Below are positions 44,403-56,218 of a stretch of 64,000 bases of DNA, in pieces (position 1 is the first letter of the stretch; each line of letters begins with the position of its first letter). The stretch is from assembly GCA_030867685.1 (NCBI GenBank), contig JAQOWU010000008.1:124001-188000 (forward strand). The letters run 5' to 3'. This DNA is from Wickerhamiella versatilis (taxonomy: Eukaryota). The notes below the pieces were generated by a model. That model ran no database searches. It was not told where the DNA came from and saw nothing but the letters and a program-made list of their open reading frames with translations. The position numbers and the translations under genes are program-made.

Positions 44403-45449
44403 TTAAGCTGTATATCGCGGAAGGGGATCAGGGACATCATCAGATACCGGCGCAGCTATTTTAATAGGAGTACTCAGATTGAGCACATGTTCAGATCTTA
44501 ATCCAAAGTTACTGACGAGGAACAGCCTGCAACTCAAGTAGTGCCTGACCTTCGCAGCATTGGACGTTATATCACATTCCCAGATTGCTCGCTCTCTGAT
44601 ATGTGCCTGCAAATCAGCACTTAGATCAGTAGTTTCCATCAGTGGAGTATTTGTGCGCCACTTTGCAAGGAGTGTGGACCTATCGTCAAATGTAATTAGA
44701 GAGTCATTGTTCATCCTGATATGACTGTGGAGGGATACTATCACCTTGCGAATAAGGAATAAATTTTCCACATCAGCGGAAGCAGTCAATTGGAAATAAG
44801 GAAGCTTACCGGCATATACAACCGAAGGTATCTCTAAAACAAGCTTCACTTGACAATTATCCTGCTTGATCCCTGGTAGATTCAATGGCATGCCATTGGG
44901 AGCTTCTTGAGACGGAATTCTTAAATTAACGCATCTTTGACTGGATTGGGCCCTTGGAGCTTTAATATCATCACTGGTTTTTTTAGGAAACACTCGGATG
45001 GGAATTCTCACCGGTCGCAGTTGCTTACTCGTTTCCTTAACTTCGATAAACCATTTTACTCCATACCACTGAGTCAATCCCCCTAATGTATACCAGTAGC
45101 CGTACGAGCAAGGCACCGATTCCGCATCTGAAGGCAGTGTAAAGCTTATCGGATATCGGTGAGATTTCGCCGCTACCGTCCTACCTTCGACATCAGCGAG
45201 CATGACTATAGGGCTACCATAATGGTCGACAGTATAATCATAGAATCTCAAACCGTTGTGTCTATTCTTGTAAGGCACTCGAATTTTCTCTGTACATCTC
45301 AATTGCGCTGTAAGTTTGCTAACCTTTTGCGGTCTTCCAGCATTGAGCACAACGCAGCCATTAACAGTACTACCCAAAGTGTACCAGCTATGGCTGTCCG
45401 ACTGGTATATCTCGGTCTCAAATGTAGTCCGTTTTCCGACGCTTAGCAT
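44403..45449 (-). CDS. Alpha-arrestin-like protein
   Basis: YTLGSTVNGCVVL N-domain start, YPISFTLP and a C-terminal LPRY (PY-type motif). Confidence 0.7.
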   Translation of the reverse strand: MLSVGKRTTFETEIYQSDSHSWYTLGSTVNGCVVLNAGRPQKVSKLTAQLRCTEKIRVPYKNRHNGLRFYDYTVDHYGSPIVMLADVEGRTVAAKSHRYPISFTLPSDAESVPCSYGYWYTLGGLTQWYGVKWFIEVKETSKQLRPVRIPIRVFPKKTSDDIKAPRAQSSQRCVNLRIPSQEAPNGMPLNLPGIKQDNCQVKLVLEIPSVVYAGKLPYFQLTASADVENLFLIRKVIVSLHSHIRMNNDSLITFDDRSTLLAKWRTNTPLMETTDLSADLQAHIRERAIWECDITSNAAKVRHYLSCRLFLVSNFGLRSEHVLNLSTPIKIAAPVSDDVPDPLPRYTA

Positions 45450-46178
45450 CAATTATGCACTACAGTGGTGGTTACTAAGAAAAGCAAGCGAAGCAAGCCC
45501 TGCGAAGTAAATAGTTGCTACAATTGGCTCGAAGTTTGGGCCAACTACTCTCAAGTTTGGTATAATGTAATAATATTGTTAGCAGTTTATCTCTGAGTTT
45601 CGTACTGAATTAGTTCCTCCGGCGAATTTCTGGGCTTATCTTCCTTTACCCTATACCTACTGAGTAACGCTGACAATAACTCCGATAATGGATATGTCGA
45701 TGTCTTGAATCATGATTCGAAGGCTTTTCCGGAAGTATTACGATTTATGTACTAAACGCTCCTTGTTGTAATTATAGACTAATTCAGAGATCAATCCTCC
45801 GCAGTTGATAAGGAATATATGCCTAAGAGCTTAACCCCGTTTCCCATGGTATTTGAAACTAAGTACCCTACTTAAAGTGCTCTAATTCATCCAAAATTAG
45901 GGCATTATGTTAATCTGTATAAACGCTACTTCCTCAATCCATCTTATTTCTCGAGGTCCGAGAAATATACTTTTATATGTATGACCAATTAGGCATGGTG
46001 AACACATTTTGCCGTACGCAGTTGATGAATACCAGAAGACTTACTGACACCCATAACTAGTCATATACTTCTAAACTGCAACAACAAAACGAAACCATTA
46101 TATCCTTCGCGAGGTCGCATATCATACAGCCCGGCAATTACTGACTAATCAAAACTAAACAACTTCGGACTGCTAGCA

Positions 46179-47054
46179 ATGAGCAAGCTGTCTGTTGCCG
46201 TTTTAGGATTGGGTACTATGGGCCATCCTTTTGCCAAAAACTTGTTGAAGAAGGGTTTCAATGTATGTGTTTGGAATCGGTCGCCAGGGAAGGATTTAGA
46301 TCTAGTATCTGCAGGCGCCAAACGGGCCAGCTCTCCTGCTGAGGCAGTGCGTAATGCCAATGTGGCAATAAGCATGCTCTCTACTGCGAAAGTAACTGAA
46401 AATGTACTTCTTGGCCCGGGTGGGGCACTTTCTGCGATGAGGGAAAACAGCATTTTAGCTCAAATGGCTACAATCGGGGTCGAGAGCACAATGACGCTAG
46501 CTCGTGAAATTAGCACAAATTACCCCAAGGTGAAATTTGTTGATGCACCAGTGTCAGGTAGTAAGGTTCCTGCCGAAAATGCATCCATATTAATCCTCGC
46601 TAGTGGTGATAAAGAGCAAGTTAAAACTACTGAGCCAGTATTCGATGCTATCAGCAAAGGTACCAAGTGGCTGGGACCAGTCGGCGCGGGTAGTCGAATG
46701 AAGCTAGTGGTAAACGCTTGGCTAATTATGATGATGGAAGGAACTATAGAATCGGCGTTGCTGGCTAAGAAGCTTGGCTTCTCCCCCAGTGAATTCTGGT
46801 CTGTGCTAGAAGGTGGACCGCTGGCCGCTCCATTTATGAAGCCTAAACTTGCTAAGATTGAGAAAGAAGATTTCTCAACTGAAATGGCACTTGAATGGGG
46901 CCTTAAAGATGCTCTTTTAGCTTTAGACTCATCTGATACTGAGAAACTTCCAAGCCTGAATCGCATCTCGGAGATCTGGAAGGAAGCCGTGGAGGCTGGT
47001 CTTGGTTATGAAGACATAAGCGCTTTTGCTAAATTTCTCGAAAGTAGGAAGTGA
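46179..47054 (+). CDS. NAD(P)-dependent beta-hydroxyacid dehydrogenase family (3-hydroxyisobutyrate dehydrogenase-like), bacterial-type
   Basis: GLGTMG, WNRS, DAPVSGS, catalytic KLVVN and LKD. Confidence 0.92.
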   Translation: MSKLSVAVLGLGTMGHPFAKNLLKKGFNVCVWNRSPGKDLDLVSAGAKRASSPAEAVRNANVAISMLSTAKVTENVLLGPGGALSAMRENSILAQMATIGVESTMTLAREISTNYPKVKFVDAPVSGSKVPAENASILILASGDKEQVKTTEPVFDAISKGTKWLGPVGAGSRMKLVVNAWLIMMMEGTIESALLAKKLGFSPSEFWSVLEGGPLAAPFMKPKLAKIEKEDFSTEMALEWGLKDALLALDSSDTEKLPSLNRISEIWKEAVEAGLGYEDISAFAKFLESRK

Positions 47055-47358
47055 TAATTCTGTTTAATCACGTCAACTTTTTGACAGCCTCAGATAGTAA
47101 ATGGGTAACAGCGATGCCTAGATTTTGTATCATTCATATTAGTAACGAAGTGGGGTATCTTTAAAATCGGTGGAGATAGAAAATGCAAGATGCAAATTAT
47201 TCTCCAGACTTTGCTACACCAAAACCAGCAGATGCATCGATTATATTGTGACCTCATTAAATTCATCATTGCAGCTATTCTAACATTAATCTCTACAAAT
47301 CGCGAAGTTATTGGGGTGATTCATTGTATAAAATTTAGCATAATCATATCAAGGTAAA

Positions 47359-48789
47359 TCAAATAAGTTGCACAAGGATTGCTCCCAAAATAGTGCTAGC
47401 TCCAAGAGACAAGATATTCGCAGCATTCGCAACAGCAGGAGCCGACGTAGACTCAGCGGCAGTCACAGGAGCGCTGCTAGAGGCACCAAGAGTAGCATTT
47501 ACTGGAGAGGAGCTTGCCGCAGTCTTAGTACAGTCACATTCCTCAATACTCAGGGTTGTGGCTTCGGTAACAGTGTATGTCGAAGATCCATGCGTGAAAG
47601 TGGTGGGCGAAGGGCAGTAAGTCGTGAAGTAAGTAACATTTGCAGTTGCCACGGCTTCAGATGCAGCAGACCCGGAAGAGGTGGCATTCTTAGCAGCAGG
47701 GCTGGTAACAACACCAGAGTTTACAGCCGAGCTAACCTTGGTAGCAGGTGCACTAGCTGCGCTCGAAGCCGAAGACGCATTCTTCACGAGCTTTGGGGTA
47801 TAAGCATGCAGCTTCGAGGGAGGTTGACGGTCATGATTAACCACGAAAACCGTACCATCGGGGCCAACATCCACCTGGTTCGAGTTGGAGCCGCTCTCCA
47901 ATTTATCGACAACCTCCAAAGACTCGGCATCGATCACAACAGTGACACCCTGAGTTCGACTGGCGTAGTAGACCAGATCATTAACTGGTTCATAGATAGC
48001 ATTAAGTCCAGTGGCACCAGTCTCAATCTTCTTGATAACATTGCCCGATTTTGTATCAAGTACAACGGAAGCATTGGTACCCTGACCGACAACGAAAAGA
48101 TGGTTGCGCTTAGCATCTAATGCGACACCTGAAGAAATCTTAATATCGTCACTAAGATCGTAAAGAGTGACGCTGTTATCGTTCTTTAGGTCGATGGCAG
48201 CTGCCTTAGCCGGCGAATAACTGACGGTGTAAAGGACGCCAGCATCTTGATCAACCACAGACTGCATTACGATGCCGAATTGCCCGTGGCTAGTCACATT
48301 GATAGTGTCAACCTTTTCATAAGACTCCGTACTGAATACATCGATCATGCCAGCCTCAGCCCCTGCGTAAACGTTTGACCCATAGAAGGACAGATCTCTC
48401 GCCGGACCAGAGAGCGCCTTGGCCGGGAGTTGCTTGACAAGGGATAGATCAGAAGTCTTGTAAGCAGCAATCGAAGACTGCTTCCCATTTGTGACCCAGA
48501 CATTTCCAGTATTTTGATCAACCTTGAGACCATAAGTTGAGAACATTGTACCATTTATCGAGTCAGGGTTAACGTACTCGACAGGCTTGAATGAATCGAT
48601 ATCAAATTTGATTATGTTTGAATCGGTTTTAGTGGCCGAGGTCAAAATCACGGATCCCGTGGTACCGTCATATCCAGCCTGGTAAACACTTTCGTTGTCA
48701 AAGGTGAAAGCCTTCTCACTGAACGTGAAACTACGAGATGCCGCCGCAGCGGAAACAAACCCTGCCGTCAACAAAGGAAAGTTCACCAT
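47359..48789 (-). CDS. GPI-anchored cell-wall protein with an N-terminal YncE/YVTN-like beta-propeller
   Basis: Signal peptide, then propeller blades (YGLKVDQNTGNVWVTN, SGVALDAKRNHLFVV, LNAIYEPVNDLVYYA). These are followed by a Ser/Ala stalk, an FTTYCP...TTLSIEECDCT cell-wall repeat and an ANAA plus hydrophobic GPI signal. Confidence 0.88.
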   Translation of the reverse strand: MVNFPLLTAGFVSAAAASRSFTFSEKAFTFDNESVYQAGYDGTTGSVILTSATKTDSNIIKFDIDSFKPVEYVNPDSINGTMFSTYGLKVDQNTGNVWVTNGKQSSIAAYKTSDLSLVKQLPAKALSGPARDLSFYGSNVYAGAEAGMIDVFSTESYEKVDTINVTSHGQFGIVMQSVVDQDAGVLYTVSYSPAKAAAIDLKNDNSVTLYDLSDDIKISSGVALDAKRNHLFVVGQGTNASVVLDTKSGNVIKKIETGATGLNAIYEPVNDLVYYASRTQGVTVVIDAESLEVVDKLESGSNSNQVDVGPDGTVFVVNHDRQPPSKLHAYTPKLVKNASSASSAASAPATKVSSAVNSGVVTSPAAKNATSSGSAASEAVATANVTYFTTYCPSPTTFTHGSSTYTVTEATTLSIEECDCTKTAASSSPVNATLGASSSAPVTAAESTSAPAVANAANILSLGASTILGAILVQLI

Positions 48790-50096
48790 GTCCTGCTAGA
48801 TGTGAATGTTTCCTCGTACTCTGTGACTTTTATAGCAAAGTTTAGTAAAAACCCTGCAGCAAACAAGCCCGATCGAGTAGTTAGTCTCCGGGGAGATGCA
48901 TGTCAATCTTGCCAGCTTGCTTTATAGCAAAATCAAAAATCGTTCGAACCTCTCACATCATTTTTAAAAGGTTATGATATACTGTATCCGCTCACCCCAC
49001 CGGCATACACTACTCGTTCAAAAATTCTAAGGCTGGGGTTGATTACTTCGAGCAGTGTGTGTAAGTGACTAGTCATACACATTCCAAAGCTCCGCAATTC
49101 ATTCCTAACAGAGAACAGTGACTACAGGTATCTGAACACTTTAAAAACAGGTATCGATGTAATTCAAACGTTCTTTTGTGTTAATATCACATCGTTTAGT
49201 ACACTCATCTATGCCCAGTACAGCCTAAAAAAGTTTTTGATGTGTTAGATAGAAACCCTAATATCTCCAAATTATGCGTGTATTACGAATTGCAGCAGTA
49301 ACCATCAAGGCATACCGGTGTACCGAGGTGGTCTCAAAATCTCAAACAGGCTCTATAGCACTACGATGATGCTTAATAACAAGATCTTTTCGATATAGGG
49401 TCTAGGTAACAGCATCACGGCTTGTAAAGCAGTTTACCGAAGATACAGCAGCATGCCTGATCCACTGCCTAACTTTAAGACAAAACAGGCAATTAGCGCA
49501 TGAAGTTTTAGATGGTAAGTAGAAGGTACTCGACCCAGGATAGAAACCAGGTTTGGGTTATGAAACGTGTGGTTAGATGCTGCTAATTGATATAGAATTC
49601 GTTGGAATGGTAATTTCAGAAGATAATAGACCTCGAAGAACACGCATATTTAAATATTTGACAACATCAAGCTAGCTATTAATGTTACTAGCGTTAAGTA
49701 GCGGCAATACTTATAATTATCCTGATTAATTTGTGTAAAGCTTGTGTAAAGCTTGTGTCTGTCTATTAGTGGAGATGAGATCGTGTGTAGTGGGCTCAGA
49801 AAGTGCACCATAGAGACATCCCCCAGCATAATTGTTATGTTATTCCTTGAACTTCAGGAGTAATAGAATGAATCGATGACCATGGCATGGCACACTTCGA
49901 GACTTGGTAAGTTTGCAGGCTTGGAAAGCAACACAAGTCAAATTGCCTAGATCAATAACCTTTTGTGATGAAAAAATTTATATAAATTGTGGAGCTATAT
50001 ATGGTTACCTGTGCCATCTTAACTCAAATAGTCTACAAAGTCAGTGTGCTTTTGATGTAGATTGACGAATTAGTGTGCTTAGCTAAAGAAGAGCGA

Positions 50097-50486
50097 ATGG
50101 CTCATGACCCACAGAAAGGTTGGTGTTACTGCAGAGGAGTATCACTAGAATATAAGGGCTTAATTAAGGATGGATATATCTGTTTCTGCTTAGACTGCCG
50201 TCAAGCACAAGGCAGTATTTGCGCGTGGAATAGCCCTGTCGACCGCTCCCGTGTAATAATTCATGGTGAGGGTCTCCTTAGTGAATTCAGCCGCGATAAT
50301 AATAAGTATCGAGTTTTCTGCAAGGCATGTGGTAGTCCTGTGTTCTCGTACCGCAAGGACCTACCCGGTGTTATACGGCTCCGCCTCGGCCTATTTCCTG
50401 AGGCCAACCATGAGACTCTTTCTCTGAAGACGGGATTTATGGAGCAAAAGCCGTCTTACATTAATTTATCAGATAGCTGCCACTAA
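50097..50486 (+). CDS. GFA/CENP-V family Zn-binding protein, bacterial-type
   Basis: CxC...CxCxxCR...FCxxCGSP pattern; ATG at 50097. Confidence 0.88.
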   Translation: MAHDPQKGWCYCRGVSLEYKGLIKDGYICFCLDCRQAQGSICAWNSPVDRSRVIIHGEGLLSEFSRDNNKYRVFCKACGSPVFSYRKDLPGVIRLRLGLFPEANHETLSLKTGFMEQKPSYINLSDSCH

Positions 50487-51290
50487 ATTTGTGCCAGCTC
50501 AGCATATCCTATGGAATTGTGGACGTGAAGTTAAAAATGAAGAATCCCCAAGAGATATACTCCTGTCGATCCTGCTGTTATTTCATCTGAAGGTGGTGAT
50601 TCTGGGTTTCTTGGTGATGTGCTTTCAGCTGAGTCTGCGACCACTGCTACTGGAGCATCAGCTGAATCTGGGAAAGGTGCTGGACTATCTACTGCTGGAG
50701 AAACTGGTGTTGGTCTCGGAAGCGCAGATCCCGATGAGACTGGTGGTGCCGCCGGAAGCAGTATTAAAACCGTAACTGCCGCCAGCAGAAGTGAAGCTGC
50801 CTCTATACCAACTGATACTGCTGAGATTGAGAGTAATTTCATGAATCTGCCACCGGCACTAAGAGTCGTGACTCTAATAGCTCTACTAAGAATAATTAAT
50901 GTAGCAATAGTGCCGGTGAAACAAGCGTTGTTGATGACTCCTTAATTCAAAAGATAGCGATGCAGCATTGGGTGTAGGCCTAGGAACATTTGGGTCATTC
51001 ATTGGGCGGCTTCTACTTCTGTAGCTACTTTTCAACTCAATTACCGGATGATGGATACTAGCTACAACTTCAGACTCACAACATGAGTCAAGCTCTACTT
51101 AAATATTACGTGAAACCGCGGTGATCTCGAAGTACATATCTCTAATTGATATCATCTTTGTGTAATGCACCTTATTTTTTTAATTAGGGATTTATAACGA
51201 GACGGTACCCATATTACTACTGTATATGTCTTATAATTCTTTTGTTTTGGTCTATATTTGCTACAAGCACACTACCAGCAGATGTGAACA

Positions 51291-52484
51291 TTACTCGATG
51301 TCTAATGGGGTGTATCGTGCTCGTATATCGTAGCTAAGCTTCAATACTAAAATTAGGCCAAGAAATGAACATAAACTTGCTAGGCCAAAAATACTCGAAA
51401 ACCCTGATGATGCTGCAATCAGCCCAGCTACCGGTCCTGTCATCCCCACTGAAAGATCTTGGCAGAGTGAATAAGCTCCTAATGCTGATGCGCGGTTTGG
51501 GTCGGCTACTTCTCTCAATGCCTCTACACCAAGAGCAGTAAAAATCAAAGATATCCCAGCCCCAGCTATGGCAGCTCCTCCGAGTGTGACCCAGGGACTA
51601 TTAGAGACAAATATCGTAATCAAACCAATAGACTCTACTGTTAATGAAACCAGCGCCACTATAAAACCACCGTAGCTTCTCACTGCCCCACTAAATACCA
51701 ATCGAATGCATACAAAAGAGACACTAAAAACACTCAAGCCCCATTCAGCGTGGCTCCACCCATGGCTTCTGTAATAAAGAGTGATAAAAGATACGAGGAC
51801 GCCATAGCCAACATTGCTGAGACTCAGTGCTAAACCAAAAGGCAAAATATGTGCGAATACTTTGAAGAATGAAGTTCGCTCACCTAAATGTATAGGTGCT
51901 GCCTGAAGACAGGTACATATTGTGGTGCTAACACTACTTGTAAACACCGTGAATATCTCTACAGATATATATCCAAATCGATTGATCATAATTGACCCAG
52001 CTATTGCTCCTAGAGCCATTGCAGAGTAGCTCGCCATTCCATTCCAACTAATAACTTCACTCATCCGATCTTTGCCAGCAATGCCAATTGACCATGCCAG
52101 TGTACCCGTACCTATCATAGCTTGACCAAATCCTAACATTATACGGCCCAAAGAAATCAGTGACATCGCTATGATGTTTCTGTCAATGAAAAATCCACCA
52201 GACGTCGCAGCCCCGCTTAAACAACAAAACAAAGCGCCAGTGATAACGCATTGCTTTGCTCCCATAATATCAGATATCCTACCAGCAGCAGGGCGGCATA
52301 TAAGAGTAGAAAAATACTGTAAACTAATCACCAATCCTACGGTAGTAGTAGATAGTCCCTGCTCAATACCGAGGTACAGCGGCAATGCAACAAGTGACAC
52401 GCCAATGTTGACAAAACAGAGCAGGGTTCCACTGCCAATTATTGAAAGTGTTGTCACTTTATAGTGTGAATTCGTAGTATCCAT
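51291..52484 (-). CDS. MFS transporter, YhhS/YfcJ-like, bacterial-type
   Basis: 397 aa with about 12 TMs and no fungal N-terminal extension. Motifs GLVISLQYFSTLICRPAAGRISD..GAK, VISWNGMASY and ALGVEAL..V...NRASALGAYS. Confidence 0.88.
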   Translation of the reverse strand: MDTTNSHYKVTTLSIIGSGTLLCFVNIGVSLVALPLYLGIEQGLSTTTVGLVISLQYFSTLICRPAAGRISDIMGAKQCVITGALFCCLSGAATSGGFFIDRNIIAMSLISLGRIMLGFGQAMIGTGTLAWSIGIAGKDRMSEVISWNGMASYSAMALGAIAGSIMINRFGYISVEIFTVFTSSVSTTICTCLQAAPIHLGERTSFFKVFAHILPFGLALSLSNVGYGVLVSFITLYYRSHGWSHAEWGLSVFSVSFVCIRLVFSGAVRSYGGFIVALVSLTVESIGLITIFVSNSPWVTLGGAAIAGAGISLIFTALGVEALREVADPNRASALGAYSLCQDLSVGMTGPVAGLIAASSGFSSIFGLASLCSFLGLILVLKLSYDIRARYTPLDIE

Positions 52485-53885
52485 AGATGGCTTGAAGTTT
52501 ATGCTGTTATTAATTTCGCAACTCTATGACCTCCATGTTAATTTCATAATAAGCTGGAAGGCCAGCTGTATCACCCAAATTTAATTGAATTTCGGCCTCA
52601 TCTCTACTTGGAATTCCCTCTCACTGACATCTAATTAATATAAGTGTTTTCCACCTGAAAAGTGAAGGTAGGCATTGCCAACTTAAAATTTCATCAAAAC
52701 CTAAATAAATACCGCACAATAGCATTCCTAGCTATTGAAGCTTAACTGGGTGAGGTCGATATGACTCGAGAAGTTCAACTATACTAGGCGCTTAATGTGC
52801 GTGCATACTCGCCAGCAGCCAATGCTATAATCGAGCGCTTTTTAATAACACATTCCTGCAAAACTTTGTCGAGCATTCATATCACGCTGAGCATCGCACC
52901 ATTAAGCTTCCTGTAAAAAATGATAGCATTGCATAATGAATTTTTTTGTGGCTCTGTAAGTTCAATACCTAGTATGTTTCAGCATACCTGGGCTTCCATT
53001 GATACAAACATCGTCATTCCACTCGACCAAATAATCTCGAACCACTCAACGTAGATGCTCTTCAATAGCTCACATAGATTAAATTGTGAAAGAGATGATC
53101 GGCAGCTGGGTCGCGATCGTGATCATTGTCACGGTTGCTGCTCCTGTCATTATTCTACATAATCTTTAGCAGCGCAACAGCTTTGTCTGACAAAATCAGA
53201 TATATTTAAAATATTTAAAACTATATAAAAGCAAATTTGTATGGCAGATATCTAAAAATGGGAGGTGAATGGTATTGGAATAAAACAGACGATCATTATA
53301 CATCGTCTTAGACATCAATTAAGCAATACTAGTCCCACATATTGTCGTGTCAGCGTATATCACGAAATAGTAAAACTAAATGGTGTTTATACTATACGCA
53401 ACCTCTTTTACGTTGAAGAATGTATAGATCGGTAAGTGCTGCATACTGCACCTGAGATAGTTTAGGCAATAAGAGCTTCCTCAACAACTAGAGACTAGTG
53501 GGACAATGCAAGATAGCCCATTTTGGTTAGAATAAATTATTTGAAGTAGAAATAATTGGGTACCCTGTTGGCCAATTACTATGGTGATTCTGGCCCTACC
53601 CAAAAGGATCGGGCTACCGAACCAGCCTGTTGCGATGAAGTATGAGATATTACTTATATTTTAGGAGAGATTTCCAGTGTCTTGCTATTCCCAGAAACCA
53701 CTCGTCCACTGTTTTCCTCAATGATTTAGGCTTGTCATCTCACTACAGTAGATCTCAAAGTGCTCGGTGGGTCTTGTTGTATTTCTTCGGCTCACCGATG
53801 CATAATTATGCATCACGTTGAATGATGAAACCTCTCCACCTGTTAGCTATATAAAGAGGGATAGAAATCGGGTTGAATTATCAAG

Positions 53886-54305
53886 ATGAAGTTCCTCAAT
53901 CTCGCTATAGTTAGCTCTCTATTTGCTGCAATTCAGGCTGCACCCCAAGTCAAGGCACCTGGAACGCCATATGATGGCAAGACTTTCAGCACTAATTCTG
54001 AACTCAAGAATGGTAACGTTCAAAAGGGTAGCATCATTGGAGTGGGTCTTGCAAACGAAATTTACTATGCCGGTGACAGTGGTCCTTACTACATACAATT
54101 TACTGGTGGAGCTACTCTTAACTTTGTCGGTGATGATAGACACGCGGCCGCAGGGGATAGGCCCGTATCCTACTCACAGGGCCCATTCGAGTATGACGGC
54201 AAAAATATCGGCTGGGGTAAAAACTACAATTTTAGCATTGACAGCGAAGGGATATTATACTCTGGTAGCGGCAAAGGAACGGATGTCAAGCTCGTTTTTG
54301 GTTAG
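53886..54305 (+). CDS. Small secreted Gly/Tyr-rich protein
   Basis: Clear signal peptide MKFLNLAIVSSLFAAIQAAP, with TATATAAA about 35 bp upstream. Confidence 0.75.
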   Translation: MKFLNLAIVSSLFAAIQAAPQVKAPGTPYDGKTFSTNSELKNGNVQKGSIIGVGLANEIYYAGDSGPYYIQFTGGATLNFVGDDRHAAAGDRPVSYSQGPFEYDGKNIGWGKNYNFSIDSEGILYSGSGKGTDVKLVFG

Positions 54306-54691
54306 GATTTTTCCTGCATTTGTTAGTGAATGTACAACCCTAGAATTAGCCTTACTCTCATTTTATAAAGAACCAATTATCTTAGCCTGAGAGTCGTATT
54401 CTCAACTTTTTTCTTCCGGTTCTGTTTATTCTGGTGTATGTTTTTTACTCGTAATATCGGACGAAATGCTAAGTGAATACTTAAATCAAAAAAAATAACA
54501 ATAACAAAAAGAGAGAATGGATTCAAGATGTCCCATTGCGCATTGCATTGGGATAGTCGATGAGTGTATTCTTTGCGCTTCAATAACTAAACAATGCTCT
54601 TATATATATCATTATAAGCTAGAATCGGAGATTAGCTCTTTCCCCGGTTTCCCCACCTTGTTACATAATCTTGCCCTCACCGAAATTCCAA

Positions 54692-55531
54692 ATGTCCAAG
54701 TCAGAACAGCAAATTGAATGTCGTGTTGAGGGAATTAGTACCATTATCACAATAAATAGGCCTGAAGGTTTGAATGCAATGGACTATTACCATTATGCGG
54801 CTTTGGAGGAACATGTCAAGCGTGCTGCTGACAATCCGGACACCATCGCTACCATCATCGAGGCAAAAGGGCGATATTTTAGTGCAGGTGCAGATGTGAA
54901 TAGTGCAAAAGAGATGGGTATTGATAGAGACGATAGTGATGGTAGTGTGGACTGGGAGATGCGCCGAGCCCTTCAAGGCTCTTTTGCGGGTAGAAATGTT
55001 ACACTCACAGATACCTTTTGGAACCACCCCAAGGTTCTTGTTATTGCGCTAAATGGACCAGTTGTGGGTCTATCTGCAGCACTTGTGGCCCTTGCTGACT
55101 TCATATACGCTAAAGACTCAGCATTTATTCTCGCACCATTTGCAAATCTCAGCCTTGTTACTGAAGGAGCTGCGGGCTATACTTTGCCTTTACGACTTGG
55201 TCTATCTTTGGCTAACGAAGCACTTCTGGCATCCCGGCCTATCAAAGCAAAAGAGTTATATAATGTCGGTTTCGTGAACAAGCTATGGCCGGCTTCCACG
55301 GATACTGACAAATTCAATGCGGAAATTCGTGACTTGGTAGCAAAAAACTTCGCACATCTTGATCATTCCAGTGTAAAGCTTATAAAACAACTCATTCATG
55401 TTCCTTTGGATGGAAAGCTTAGCGAGATCAATTCTCGCGAAGTAGTTGGCGGTCTGGAAAGATTCGCCAGTGGATTGCCACAGAAAAGATTTGCTAAACT
55501 TGCAAGACGTGAGCATTCCCATAAACTTTAA
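54692..55531 (+). CDS. ECI1: Peroxisomal delta3,delta2-enoyl-CoA isomerase (crotonase family)
   Basis: FSAGADV, ALNGPVVGLSAALVALAD, PFANLSLVTEG and a C-terminal PTS1-like HKL. Confidence 0.88.
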   Translation: MSKSEQQIECRVEGISTIITINRPEGLNAMDYYHYAALEEHVKRAADNPDTIATIIEAKGRYFSAGADVNSAKEMGIDRDDSDGSVDWEMRRALQGSFAGRNVTLTDTFWNHPKVLVIALNGPVVGLSAALVALADFIYAKDSAFILAPFANLSLVTEGAAGYTLPLRLGLSLANEALLASRPIKAKELYNVGFVNKLWPASTDTDKFNAEIRDLVAKNFAHLDHSSVKLIKQLIHVPLDGKLSEINSREVVGGLERFASGLPQKRFAKLARREHSHKL

Positions 55532-56218
55532 ACAATGTGTCTGAAATGAATCATCCGTATGAGTAACAAGCAGCAGAGATTATGACAATCTTTTTGTGAG
55601 AAACTTTCAATATAGAAGTATCTCCATTTCAAAAGAGTACATGAAGATGAGTTGTAAAGTTATTCGGCATTCCAATAAAATTTTAGGTTCTTAAAGTTAA
55701 CCCGTTATGTTCTACAATCTATGGTAGGGAGTTATGTCCAATCCTCCTGTATTTCCTATTACCTATCTTGTATAGCTGCTCTCCGTTGTGGCAAGCAGAA
55801 ATATAGACTTACAATTTCTGCCGGCTGTCCTGGACTCCTCCCTATAGTAAAAATATTTCCGTATTCCTCTGCTTGCCACATAAGGCGCACCAAAGCCTTG
55901 AAGTGGAGTTTAGACCGGTACTGTATTTAAACAAATACATTTAGATATAGGCTTCATAGCCACGATGCTCTCACTGAAATAGACAATAGCCGATGTCGTC
56001 ATACTGTAGTCGACAACAATATGGCTGGGTTCTTAGGAGTGATGATTATCGAGCTTTTGAGCGCAATATATGGTGACAATTGCTTTCATCAGCCAAAAGA
56101 TATTGATGCACATTGCGACCGAAACCTTATGCATCCTTGTTAACATGTTTATAACCTGAGGAATTATGCTAAAAAAACACCAAAACCAAAAATTATTTAG
56201 GTCATATATGACTCAATT

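Noticed and set aside
49733..49758. 12-bp tandem duplication tgtgtaaagctt
   Set aside because: Isolated slippage event with no associated feature.
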